A stretch of DNA of 64,000 nt, from positions 37,448,001 through 37,512,000 of the forward strand of contig NC_043014.1 in assembly GCF_006345805.1 (NCBI RefSeq), read 5' to 3'. Every line of letters starts with the position of its first letter. The stretch's first letter is position 1. The stretch comes from Octopus sinensis (taxonomy: Eukaryota). The notes beneath the pieces are model-generated. The model had not been told where the DNA came from, did not search any database, and worked only from the letters and a program-made list of their open reading frames with translations. Positions 48,140 to 61,204 of the stretch are shown in pieces. The position numbers and the translations under genes are program-made.

Positions 48140-50092
48140 CTGCAAACATAAAAAAAAAAAAATCAAACCTTATATTTTAGAGATGAGACTTATAACTAGT
48201 TGAGATGTCAAAGTATTGATTTACTAGTAGAAAAATTGACAGTTTAAAGCACTGGGGTCCATATGGTTCCTTGAGGGTTTTTGTAACAAAATAGTAAATT
48301 GGGGATCCACAATAGTATTTTAAGGGCCCCTAAAAAAATTTTGCTTTAGATGTACGTATTGCAAGAAACTGCTAGGTTTCTTTCGTTAAACATTTTACAT
48401 AAATTTCCACAAGTTTAATGTGTGGAAAACAAAATAAGAATTTTGAAAGAAGTTTCTTTAAAACTGGGGGTCCACAAGAATGAAATAGTAATCAAAAGGG
48501 TCCATAGATAAAAAAAATGGTTGAGAAATCTCTGGTTTGAAGCCTGTCAGCAGTAATGTATTAGGTTAGAGATGAAGGCTTGATAATTAAGACACAATGG
48601 CTAATCCACTGAGTAGTAAAGAGCTATCATAACTAAGAATGTCTACTTGTTATCAGAAGCAAGGAATAGAATGCTGAGATCAAGCCTTCTTATTCTTAAA
48701 GCAGCAGGTGACTAGTATCATATCCAGGAAGGGAAATATCTAATATCTAATCTGATATTTGTGTTCAGTCTAATTTTGGCAGCTGACCCTAAATGTGAAA
48801 GGTCAGCAACATATGACAAATGAATGCCTTTATGAAGACCAGTTGAAAGTTAGTGAGATCAGGCAAAGACAGCTGCAACTATCTGGTCACTGCATGCAAT
48901 ACTCTGAACTGGAAGCAACCAAATTAGTCTTGTGGAACCCTCTTCATGGTGATGTTAGAAGAGGAAAACATTGTCACATCTACATCAACAACTTGATTTC
49001 AGACATTGGCCTGGAATGTATCCAGGACCTCGAGGCAGTGATGTTGGACTGAGATGTGTGGTGGGTAAACTTCGTTGCAGTGGTTTGGGTTGAAACCTGG
49101 CCATAAAAAACTATAAATCTAATACCTGCTTAATTCTGTGAAGACTGATGTATAACGTTTCACATGGTGAGTCAACAAAAGAGCTTCTATGCAGTAGAAA
49201 TAGTAGCCAAATTTCCTTCAAATCACAACCTACCATCTTAAAGAAGATGATATCTTAAAACCTATGTTGGATTATGCAGTATTGAATACACAATGTCTTG
49301 GGGATGGTAGGCCTAGAACACTTTTGGTTATAGGTTTGCTCAATAAACCCCAGCCTGGTGTGGAACAACAACAACTTTGCATTGACAATGAATAAAAAGT
49401 AAACTTAATTTTTAAATACTTCAGACATCATCATCACCATCATCATTATCATCATTATCATTTAATGTCCGTTGTCCATGCTGGCATGTGTTGCAGGGTT
49501 TGACCAGGCTGGCAAGTTGAAAGGTTGCACCAAACTCCAGTCTGATTTGGCATGGTTCTCTATAGCTGGATGCCTTTCCTAACACCAACCACTCCAAGAC
49601 TGTAATGGGTGCTTTTACATGCCACCGGCATGGGTGACATTTGTGTGATGCTGGGGTGCTTTTACATGCCACTGGTGCGGGTGCCAATTTGCATGACACT
49701 GGTGTCTGCCACAACTGCGATTTCGCTTGGCTTGATGGGTCTTCCTCTCAAGCATGACACAATGCCAAAGGTCTCGGTCATTGCCTCTGTGAGGCTCAAC
49801 ACTTGAAAGGAATTCAGCCACTTTGCACACACACACACACACAAATCAGGATTCCACAGTTTCTGTCTGCCAAATATCAATCACAATGCTAAAAGTATCC
49901 AGTACACACTGTAAAGTGGTTGGCATTAAGAAGGACATCCAGTTGTAGAAACCAAGCCAAATCAAATTGGAACCTGGTGCAGCTCTCCAGCTTTGGTCAA
50001 ACTGTCCAACCCATGCCAGCATGGAAAATGGACGTTACATGATGATGATAATGATAACGATGATGATGATGATGATGAAAATACTAGTCAGC

Positions 50093-50314
50093 TTAACCCT
50101 TTAGTATTCAAACCAGCCATATCCAGCCAAAATCTTATACCTGTTTTATGTTCAATCTGTCAAAATCTGGCCTCTTACCCAACAATGTCAGTCTAAAAAG
50201 TAATAATCACATCTTTGAAACTTCAAAGTTACAAGATAATGCATGATTAATTCAAAACAATGCAAATTAATAAGTATTAAATTTGACAGAGTGATCTGAA
50301 TGCTAAAAGGTTAA
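50093..50314 (+). mobile_element. piggyBac-like MITE (family 2)
   Basis: TTAA|CCCTTTAGTATTC...GAATGCTAAAAGG|TTAA. Confidence 0.8.
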
Positions 50315-52295
50315 AGGTGTGGTAGAAGACATTTTTCCAAGACTTAGTTCAGAACGCCACACAGTGGGACTGAACCCAAAACCATGTGGTTGGGAAGCAA
50401 ACTTCTTACCACACAGCCATGCCTTTAATAATACTGTGTAACACAATTTTTGTTATTGGATGGAAACTGTTATTTCCTATGTGCTTACCCCCAGGAAGTA
50501 TGAAAAGTGGCTAATATTTCTTTTGAACCTTGCTTTTCTTACATCTACTCAAACCCCAAAGAATCCCTCTCAATACATGGCTATGATGATCCACCACACA
50601 TTGTTAGCCACTAATGGATATGCTCAAATGGTTATGGTCAAGCAACTGACAGGCAAATCGGTGGTATCGAGCAGAATATTTGCTGTAACTATATTTCTAC
50701 GTTCTGAGTTCAAATTCCGCCGAGGTCGACTTTGCCTTTCATCCTTTTGGGGTCGATAAATAAAGTACCAGTTACGCTCTGGGATCGATGTAATCGACTT
50801 AATCCCTTTGTCTGTCCTTGTTTGTCCCCTCTATGTTTAACCCTTTGTGGGCAGTAAAGAAATATATATTTCTACTTCAAGAAACTCAGTGCTGAATCTG
50901 TCTGAAATGTAATGGAAAATAGGTCAGTTTCAAAACATTGATGTCCAGGTCACAAAAGCAAAATTTGAAGGGAATAGTAGTTATTTCCTGTGATTTCTAG
51001 ATAGAAGCAAATTGGAAATAGCACTTACTGACCAAAGACAAAAGAAAAAAAAAATTAATTTTGTTACACAGTGTAATTATTTTATCAACCCATTGCATGA
51101 TTTGAACTAAGAATGTAATGAGCTGTAGTTAAATGCTGAAAGTAATTTTGTCCAACATGTTGTTGATTTTACCAATCGACACCTATAATTGCAATCTTTA
51201 TAGACACAAGTGAGCTATTTTAGGCAAAACTGTTGTTTTCATTGACAAAATCCTTCACATCTTAAAACCAAAAGATGTATGACTCCTTAATAATAATAAA
51301 AAAGAAACCAAAAAGAAATAACTAATTTAGCATAGATATATTAGACCAGTGGATCTTAACTGGTCCACATGACCCTTGCGGGTCCATAGAAGATTTTGTT
51401 AAAATTTATGTGCAATAAACTGCCCTTCCCAATGCCAACCACTCCAAGAGTGTAGGGGTGCCTTTTATGTGTCACCAAACCCAATAAATTACTGGTACTT
51501 GTCAAACTTTAGAAGAATGTAAAGTAGTGTTGATTCAAGCAGGAATTGAACTCAGATTCCAGGGGAAATAATGAAACTAAGTACTGTAAGGAATCTAGTT
51601 TGGTGTTCATTGATTTCTATTGGAATATATTCTTCAAATAAACACAACAAAAGCAAGAGGAAGTCTGACTTCATTTAATATCAAAGATGAAATACTCTGA
51701 GTTAGAGGGAATCTCTACATGGTTGTATGGGATAATGGGGTTGGGGAGCCTGCTAGAAATAGCAACCAAATCTCTATCTTAAAAAAAGGATATGTTGTAT
51801 AGTCCTTGATGCTCCCCAAAGCCCACCCTACAAACTTAAAAAGGACATATAATGTATTGCCCTATGCCCTCTACAAAAACTTGTGGCTTAGTGGTTAGGG
51901 TGTCAGCATCATAATCGTAAGATTGTGGTTTCGATTCCTGAACCGGGCGACGCGTTGTGTTCTTGAGCAAAACACTTCATTTCACGTTGCTCCAATCCAC
52001 TCAGCTGGCAAAAATGAGTAACGCCGTGATGGACTGGTGTCCCATCCAGCTTGGGAACGCATACGCCACAGAAACCGGGAAAACGGGCCCATGAGCCTGG
52101 ATAGGCTTTAAAAGGGCGCATTTATTTTTTTCTAATATTTAATTATAAAAATGTTTTTTTTTAAACATTGAATGGCTAGGTGGATCCATCTGAGTAAAAT
52201 AAGAATCAAAGAGATCCATTGGTAAAATGTGATTGAGAAATACTGATTAAGACTAATGTAGCCCTCTGAATAAGAGAAAAAGATTTGGTACTCAC

Positions 52296-52389
52296 TCATT
52301 AGGAGTGGTGGACTGTTCCTTTGAGTGTCCATCATCAGTGCTAAAGGTTCTTGTTGCATGGCAGCTAACTATTCCTCCTGAAGATCGAC
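52296..52389 (-). CDS. COQ9: COQ9 N-terminal (transit peptide region) exon (94 nt)
   Basis: TTTTGTTTCAG|GT CGA... reads RSSGGIVSCHATRTFSTDDGHSKEQSTTPN, then GA|GTGAGT. Phase 1 to 2, joining the 48139 exon in frame. Confidence 0.75.
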
Positions 52390-52415
52390 CTGAAACAAAA
52401 CAGGATGATGTTATA

Positions 52416-52639
52416 TATATTTCTTTACTGCTCACAAGGAACTAAACATAGAGGGGACAAACAAGGACAGACAAAGGGATTAAGTCGATTACATCGACCC
52501 CAGTGCGAAACTGGTACTTTATTTATCGACTCTGAAAGGATGAAAGGCAAAGTCGACCTCGGTGGAATTTGAACTCAGACGAAGTACCGCTAAGCATTTT
52601 GCCCGGTGCGCTAACATTCCTGCCAGCTCGCCACCTTCA
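52416..52639 (-). mobile_element. SINE family B with a 19-bp TSD, next to a COQ9 acceptor
   Basis: AAAACAGGATGATGTTATA at 52397-52415 and 52640-52658. Confidence 0.92.
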
Positions 52640-52659
52640 AAAACAGGATGATGTTATAC

Positions 52660-52762
52660 CTAACGTTTGGTGACACACAAACACACATCCATCATGTGTG
52701 TACAATGGTTGATGAATTGAGCATAGGTGACACAGGGTTTGAGAGGAATTCTTCAATTTTGC
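52660..52762 (-). CDS. COQ9: Candidate COQ9 upstream exon (103 nt)
   Basis: TTTGTCTTGTCTTAG|GCA AAA TTG... reads AKLKNSSQTLCHLCSIHQPLYTHDGCVFVCHQTL, then G|GTATAA. The phase-1 end fits the 52389 exon. Confidence 0.45.
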
Positions 52763-54179
52763 CTAAGACAAGACAAACGCCCACTATAATGTTGGGGCCA
52801 TAAAAATTGCACCCAGTATACTCTGTAAAGCAGTTCAGGTTTGAAAAATGGCATCCGTCCATAGAAACCAAGCCAAAAATGTGACACAGGAGTAAAGCAT
52901 AGTCCTTCAACCAGATGGATCCTGTTAAACAGTCCAACCCATGCCAGCGTGAGAAGCACACATAAAAAAAAAATGACGACGACAATAATGATGGGTGTAA
53001 GCTTTTGCACAATTTATGCCTACCAAATTTCACCTATGTAGGCATTGGTTAAACCGACGCAGTGATAGAAGACACTGGCCCAAAATGCTGCAGAATGGGA
53101 TTGAACCAGGAACCATGTGGTTATATACAATGAACTTCTTAACTAATATAGCTATTCCTGCATAGCCTACTGAATAAGGTAAAAAAGTCAACTTTGTTAA
53201 GATTAAATAGTCACTTGGATGATGATGATGATGGTCATCGTCGTCGTTGTCATCGTCCTCCTCCTCCTCCTCCTCATCATCATCATTTAGTGTCCATTTT
53301 CCATGCTGGCATGGGTTAGGTGGTTTGACTGGATTGGTAAACCAGAAAGCAGTACCAGATTCCAGTCTGATTTGGCTTGGTTTCAACCACTGGATGCCCT
53401 TCCATAAGCCAACCACTCCAAGAGTGTAGTGGGTGCCTTTTACGTGTCACCAAAACCAATAAACTACTGGTACTTGTCAAACTTTAGAAGAATGTAAAGC
53501 AGTGTTGATTCAGGCAGGATTTGAACTCAGATTCCAGGGGAAATAATGAAACTAAGTACTGTAAGGAATCTAGTTTGGTGTTCATTGATATCTATTGGAA
53601 TATATTCTTCAAATAAACACAACAAAAGCAAGAGGAAGTCTGACTTCATTTAATATCAAAGACGAAATACTCTGAGTTAGAGGGAATCTCTACATGGTTG
53701 TATGGGATAATGGAGTTGGGTAGGGGACAGGACTCTACATGGTTGCTCAGCCTGCTAGAAATAGCAACCAAATCACTATCTTAAAAAAAGGATATGTTGT
53801 ATAGTCCTTGATGCCCCCCAAAGCCCCACCCTACAAACTTAAAAAGGCCACATAATGTAATGCTGTATGCCCTCTACAACTGACAAGATGGTCATCACTG
53901 GAATGCCTTTGATTATAGGTCTGCTTGAACATGGCTGACCTGGTGTTAAAAACCAACAAAAAATCACTACTCGTGATGCTGTGATTAAAAGGTTGAGGCT
54001 GCTTCAAGTGAAATTCAGCAAGTTAACATTTTCAATGACTTCTAATATTTCAAAGATTTCTAATATTTAGTAACTCTTGACAAATTCTTTAACTTACAAA
54101 CTTACTGCTTGTTTCTTGGTTGCAAAACAGAAAAAGAAAGAAAAAAAAAAAGCTTATCTCATCAGAAATAGAATAGTTA

Positions 54180-55000
54180 CACATATGTGGTATTGGAATA
54201 CCAGACCATTTCAGTTTTGGAGTTTAAATCAGAGATGCACTGACCAAATACAGAGAAGAATCAGTAAAGCTTGGCCTTCGGATAAGTTGGGTGAAGACCA
54301 AGCTGATGCATATCAGAGATGGTCCAGACTCTCCCTCTCTTCATACAGGCCCCAACGTCATGGAGTTTGTCAGCTCCTTCACCTACCTGGGCTCCACAAT
54401 GGAAACCTGACCCTGGAGATCAACCATAGATGTGGTCTGGTACCTAGGATCATATACTCCCTATGGAAGCCCTTTGGTGCCACTTTAATCCTCTATCTCC
54501 TGGTAGATGAAGCTCCATATCTACAATGCATTAGCCCTCTCCATTCTCCTCTATGGAGCAGACACATGGCCCTACCCTCTTGGAGACCCTGGCAAAGAGG
54601 ATCAATGTCTTGATAGTAGAGCCCTGAGAACCATTGAGAACATCAGATGGTACCATCACATTTTCAATAAAGAACTGTGTGTGTGCGTGCATCAGCCCAC
54701 AGTCTCCCACCTCATAGCTATCTGCCACATTTGCTAGTGTAGACATGACCTCCATCTCCCTCTGGATCATCCTACCAGAGCTTTATTCTCATTTGACACA
54801 GCAGCTGAGGCTGGAAGAGGCACACCAGATGCTGGATGTGATAGGGGAAAATCTTCAGAGGTTCAATGTCACCTTGGAGGATACAGAGGGGCTGGCATGG
54901 GACCACCAGCAGTGATGGAGAGCACTGGTGGAGTTGGTTGGCTCTATGCATGATGACACCACCAAGCAAGAGCATGAGGTGAAAGAAGTTTAAATCCACT
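54180..55000 (+). mobile_element. Decayed RTE-type LINE fragment
   Basis: MKLHIYNALALSILLYGADTWP...LDSRALRTIENIRWYHHIFNKEL. Confidence 0.7.
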
Positions 55001-55173
55001 GCTGGCAGTTTCTTGTGTGTATGGAAAGTACACTTAATTCCCTGTTTGTTTCAGTTCGTGCATGTGTGTGGATGAGAGAGGGAGAGGTGGGTTCCTTTCA
55101 AGCCAAGTATATATGTGCCTGCTTGAGTGCTTTTATCGACAAAAGATAGGCTCTATGATCTTCTTTGACATAC

Positions 55174-55217
55174 CTTGTAAGGGTTGAAATCAAAGAACAA
55201 CAATGCCTTAGCAGCAT
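55174..55217 (-). CDS. COQ9: Candidate COQ9 first coding exon
   Basis: ACAATG context, MLLRHCCSLISTLT and a strong donor AG|GTATGT. The phase-2 end does not join the downstream exons as assembled. Confidence 0.35.
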
Positions 55218-58200
55218 TGTTGATGACAACACAGAACAAAAGAAAAAGAACTAAACAAAAATAAAAAACTAACAAACGAGACTGAAGAAACTTGGTAAGA
55301 TTTTACCAAAAACTTTAACCCTTAGGAAACAACAGGGCTGATCTATCGACTGAATAGTCAAATGACAAAGAAGATTGTATTAGTTCATTCAATTTTCTGC
55401 AAGAATATATATAGTTTTATATATGTACAGTAATTACTTCATTTTTCATAATTGTTTTTGAAAAATAAGTGTGTGCCCTCTGTAGAACTTGTGAAAAGGG
55501 CTAAGTCTTCTTGGCACTGAAACTCCAAATAAGGCTCCGTCTCCAAAGGGTTAATAACAAAAATAAAAAGATTTTTCCCATGGCAGTTATAATCCTTTTT
55601 ACTATAGGCACAAAGCCTGTAATTTGGGAGGAGGGGATTGAGCTAGTCCATTACATCATCCTGGTACTTATTTCAGTGACAACCCTGAAAGGATGAAAGG
55701 CAAAGTCAGCTTCGGCAGCATTTGAACTCAGAATGTAAAAATGGACAAAATGTCACTAAGCATTTCATTCAACTAAAAAAATTCTTCAAGGCAGTGCCCT
55801 AGCATGGCTGTAGTTTAATGACTGAAACAAGTAAAAGATAAAAATAATATCAATAAAACTTTCTAATTTCGGCACAAGGCCAACAATTTTGAGAAGGGGC
55901 AGGGTAATTACATCAACCCCAATACTCGACTGGTACCTATTTTATCAACCCTGATAGCATGAAAGGCAAACTTGGCCATGGTGGAATTTGAACTCAGAAT
56001 GTAATAAACCAGAAGAACCACAAAACACCTTTTCCAATGATGTAACAACCCAGTCAGTCATTGCTTTTAGCTAGTATCAATAATAATATTACTTAATTAG
56101 CACCAATAATAATGTCAAAAATTGAAGGAATACAATATCTTTTATCTTTCTCTTGTTTCAGTCATTAAACTGTGGCCATGCTGGTGCATCACCTTGAAGA
56201 ATTTTTAGTTGAATGTATTGCCTTTAGTACTAATTTCTTTTAAAGTACTTATTCTATCAGTTTCTTTTGCCAAACCACTAAGTTATGGGGATGTAAACAT
56301 ACCAGCACAGGTTGTCAATACTATTGTATTGTAATAATACTTATAATATTTTTATATAAAACTTTCACTGTTCTTGGTTCTGTTTATGACTTGGGCTATC
56401 AGTCGAGTGTATAGGCATTGATGTAGTGGATATTTAAAATTTTGTCTTTGGTGAACCTAGCTGATGAGGACTAACCAGATTTAAGATAACAAACATATTC
56501 TGGAAAGTCTGAAACTCAAGTACCACATTATCCATTTTTCTCGGGCGTTTCTCCTAGAGGTAGGATGAAAATTTTTTATATTCGTTGCCCGCACACATCT
56601 TTGCCTCTGTACATTCAATGAAGCCTTACAATAGCATCGTGTGGTTATTCACTGCTATTTCCAGCAAACACTGATACCTTGTGTCACTATTTCCTATTTA
56701 TAATTCAACCTTTACTGTGCTTATTACTGGAAAACAATAAGTAATAATACTTATAATTATATATATATATAAACGATGGGCTTCTTTCAATTTCCATCAA
56801 TCAAATCCACAACAAGGCTTTGGTTGACCTGAGGCTACAGTAGAAGACATTTGCCCAAGGTGCCATGCAGTGGTACTGAACCTGGAACCATGTGGTTGGG
56901 AAGTAAGCTTCTTACCACATAGTCACGCCTGCATCTATATATGTAAAATAAAATTGCAAAAATTGTAAATAAATAATTCTCAAGCCACAAGGAGATCTTG
57001 TAAGTGTTGCTGTTTGGCTCATGTTTCATGGTGTGAAGTAATTGAGAAATAAATCTCACCCCTAGATAGAATGTTAGTCTATTAACAGTAGTAAAATTTT
57101 TAGATGATCAAGTTTAAATTCCCAAGAACAGAGTGTTCTCTGAAATACGTGTATGTATATGCCTATAGAGGACCTGAACTCATGACCTATAAGCATGTAA
57201 TACAATGCTTTATCCCCTTAGCTCTCTTGCCTCAACAACTAGATTCTAGACTTCAGTATCATCATGAAATGCAAGATTTAATTCTATACTAGAATTATAT
57301 GTAACAGATTAATTTCACTAGATATATCATTATCATCAACATCATAATGATGATAATATAGCCTAATCCTTCACTGCTACTGGCATCTTCATATTCTGTC
57401 AAGGTCAACTTTGCCTTTCATCCTTTTGGGGTCAATAAAATAAGTATCCCCTCTTCCAAGACTGCTGCCTTTGTGCCAAAATTTGAACCCATTATCATCA
57501 TCATCATCATCATCGTTTAACGTCCGTTTTCCGCGCTAGCACGGGTTGGACGGTTTGACCGGGGTCTGGGGAGCCACGATCAGTTGGTGTGAGTATTATT
57601 ATTAAGATGGTGGGCTAGCAGAATCGTTAGCACAGCAGGTAAAATGCTTGCGACATTTTGTCCATCTTTACATTCTGAGTTCAAATTTTGCCGAAGTTGA
57701 CTTTGCCTTTTATCCTGAGCACTTGGGTCAATGTAATCGACTTAGCCTCTCACCCAAAATTGCTGGCCTTGTGCCAAAATTTGAAACCATTATTAAATGA
57801 AGGAAAAAAAAAATTATTGATATCATAACTGGACAAATACAGCATCTCTCCAATGACTTTTTTCCAGAGCCTCTAAGACTCATGGGAGGAAGGCATGCTG
57901 TATCCTCAGACTGGAGTCCTTGTCCAAATGCTTGAAATAGTGGACTCCATTTAAAGTACTCAAGGGTGTGGGTAGTAGCTGTAAACTAAGCAACAGCTTC
58001 TGAGGTAGATCAATGCTTCCCAAAGCAAGTAATAATGCTTTCAAGGTGTGTAACTGATGTTTTGCCCCAGGTCAGACCTGATCAATGGCTCCCAAAGTAG
58101 GAACTACTATCTTCAAGATGAGTAACTGCTGTTTACTCACAGGTTAACTTTGATTAAGAAGACCACTTCATTTTATTTTCAGACACTGGAATTAGCTAGA

Positions 58201-58505
58201 CTACCCAGTGTATCCGTTTCTTTAAAGATAGTAAGATGAGTACGACACAAGAAGAATTTGGCTGCTATTTTTAGCAACTCTATGAACCATATAATCCCCC
58301 TTGTTTGCTCAGTACCATATGACCCATTTCTGCACACAAGACCATAATAGTAGGGAGTACATATAAAGAGGTGTTCTAAGGGAGCAGTGACCGGACAAGT
58401 TTGGGGATCATTAGATAACCAAAATTAGAATTTAAAAATATTATTGGTGTTGTGATGTGTTACAATCAAGACAGGGTCAAATGTAGATGTAGTGTAAATA
58501 TCTCC

Positions 58506-58849
58506 TTAACCTTTTAGCATTTAATCTGGCCATATTTGACCCAATTATTCTACCCATTTTATGTTAAAACTGACTAGATATAATCTCTCAGACCTACCCT
58601 ACAATGTCATTTTAAAAACATGCAAACACACTATTGAAATCCTGAAGCTATAAGATAATGCATGATTAATTCAATGCAAATAAATAAGCAGGAGTGGCTG
58701 TGTGGTAAGTAGCTTGCTAACCAGCCACATGGTTCCAGGTTCAGTCCCACTTCGTAGCATCTTGGGCAAGTGTCTTCTGCTATAGCCCCGGGCCGACCAA
58801 TGCCTTGTGAGTGGATTTGGTAGACGGAAACTGAAAGAAGCCTGTCATA

Positions 58850-58908
<59 letters not shown>

Positions 58909-59145
58909 ATGTGTTTGTCCCCCTAGCATTGCTTGACAACCGATGCTGGTGTGTTTACATCCCCGTCACTTAGCGGTTCGGCAAAAGAGACCGACAGAAT
59001 AAGTACTGGGCTTACAAAGAATAAGTCCCGGGGTCGATTTGCTTGACTAAAGGCGGTGCTCCAGCATGGCTGCAGTCAAATGACTGAAACAAGAAAAAGA
59101 GTAAAGAGTAAAGAGAATGCATTTGACAAAGAAATCTGAATGCAG
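58506..59145 (+). mobile_element. Family 2 MITE with a nested family A SINE (~58688-59115)
   Basis: TTAACCTTTTAGCATT... start and MITE body on both sides of a SINE near-identical to 984-1364. Confidence 0.75.
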
Positions 59146-59460
59146 TTTGGTGTGGTCAGCTACCAGCCTAGGCTCCACTGCTCGTCAGGTTAAGAAAAGC
59201 AAGCTGTCTAAGAATCAGTCACTCTCCAACAGGTTTATGGTTGAGCCTGTGGCCATAGAGACTGCCAGTGTTTTTGGCCCGTGGACCATATTCCTGCTCA
59301 CTGCTATTGGGGCAGAGATGGCTATCCATAAGCTTGGGTCCTGTGAGTCAGAGTGGCAGTTTCAGCGCATCTCCATCACCATCCTCCGGGGCAACACCTT
59401 TTCCATTTTGTCTGCTGGGGCCAGGGAGGTAACTTATGACAACATTTAAATGTTAAGTGG
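59146..59460 (+). mobile_element. CRE/R2-type non-LTR retrotransposon C-terminal fragment
   Basis: FMVEPVAIETASVFGP...QFQRISITILRGNTFSIL matches the P-x-A-x-E-T-x-G and QR-x-S-x-x-I-x-RGN tail of restriction-like-endonuclease elements. Confidence 0.7.
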
Positions 59461-61204
59461 GAAGGGATTTGATGGGAGCATGTGCTTAGCCCCAGTTACA
59501 GGTGGATGAGAAGTCTTGTCTCCTTTTGAATAAGATATCAATTATAAGGAGTTAGGTAACATACTGTATTTATCTTTTATTTGTTTCAGCCATTAGGCTA
59601 CCTTGAAGGGTTTGTAGTTGAACAAATCCTAACCATAACCCTAACCCCAGTACTTATTTAACCATTTAGTATTTGAACTGGCCATATCTGGCCTTGTTTT
59701 CAGTCGTGTTTGTTTGTTTGCTTGTTTGTCCATGGACAAGATATCTCAAGAACCGCTGAATGGATTCGGATGAAACTTTCAGAGATGTTTAACCGCATGA
59801 CTGGCATAAACTGATTAGATTTTGGAATCAATCTGGTACCCAACAAGGATACTGGATTCATCATCATCATCATCATCATTTAGCGTCCGTTTTCCATGCT
59901 AGCATGGGTTGGACGGTTTCACTGGGGTCTGTGAAGCCGGAAGGCTTCATCAGGCCCAGTCAGATTTGGCAGTGTTTCTACGGCTGGATGCCCTTCCTAA
60001 CGCCAACCACTCCGCGAGTGTAGTGCGTGTTTTTTACATGGATTGTTTTTCTTTTTTTTTTTACTTAATTTTTGAGAGTGATCAGGTTCATTTTTAGTAT
60101 TATTGTTTGTGAGAGTAGCCGAGTTTATTTCAGATATTCTAAAAATATTTTTTAAATATTTAAAAATCATCTCTGGCTAATCGTTGAGAAGATATTGATG
60201 TTGCCTTAGCAGAGGTTTGTGATCTCTGAGTGCTCTTGTTATTATTATTGCCGTTACATTCTGGGTTCAAATTCCGTTGAGGTCGACTTTGCCTTTCATC
60301 CTTTTGGGGTTGATAAATTAAGTATCAGTTACGCACTGGGGTCGATGTAATCGACTTAATCCGTTTGTCTGTCCCCTCTATGTTTAATCCCTTGTGGATA
60401 ATAAAGAAACATTATTATTATTATTACCCCCGCCTTAGTGAAGGCTGAGGTATTGTTTTCAGTTTATTTATATGTCTAAAAATAGTATCTACATAATTGG
60501 CACTATCATATTTAATAAGCATCAACACTATATAGCCTTACCAAAATTTTGGAGAAGATGCACACAAATCTTGAGAAAAATCCTGGCTTTGAAAGGTTAA
60601 GGTGGCAAGTTGGCAAAATGCTTTGCTGTATTTCATCTGTCACTATGTTCAGAGTTCAAATTCTACTGAGGTCAACTTTACTTTTCATCCTTTCAGGGTC
60701 GATTAAATAAGTACCAGTTACGCACTGGGGTTGATGTGATCGACTTAATCCCTTCCCCCAAATTTGAGGCCTTGTGATTCTAGTAGAAAAGATTATTATT
60801 ATTATTACCATTACTAATCGACTTACCCCACTCCCCAGAAATTGCTGGCATTGTGTCAAAATTTGAAACTTATTACCATCGTAGGTGGTAATAAAGTGAC
60901 GGCACAATGAACTTTATGAAGAGTAGCTTTATTCTAGTAGATGAGGACTTAAAGTATGAGAGAAGAGGTCAAAGCAGAACAGGTTTCTTGCTGTGGAGGA
61001 GCAACAAGACAGCTCACATTTTCAAAGAGAGCGTGAATTTCTATACATAAAAAAAAACCCAACAAAAACAACCTAGGATTATTAAAGAGATTAAAATTTC
61101 AACATAGGGTAAAACGGCTCATCACTGCAATAAGTTAACAGCTTTCTGAATCCACATCCATGTCCACAATCTAAGGAATTAATACATAGGAGTAGAAATT
61201 CATA

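Noticed and set aside
56400-56700. COQ9 first coding exon in a CpG-containing patch
   Set aside because: No ATG-initiated frame reaches a good phase-1 donor (MWYLSFRLSRICLLS stops). It may be a promoter or non-coding exon, but this is unsupported.
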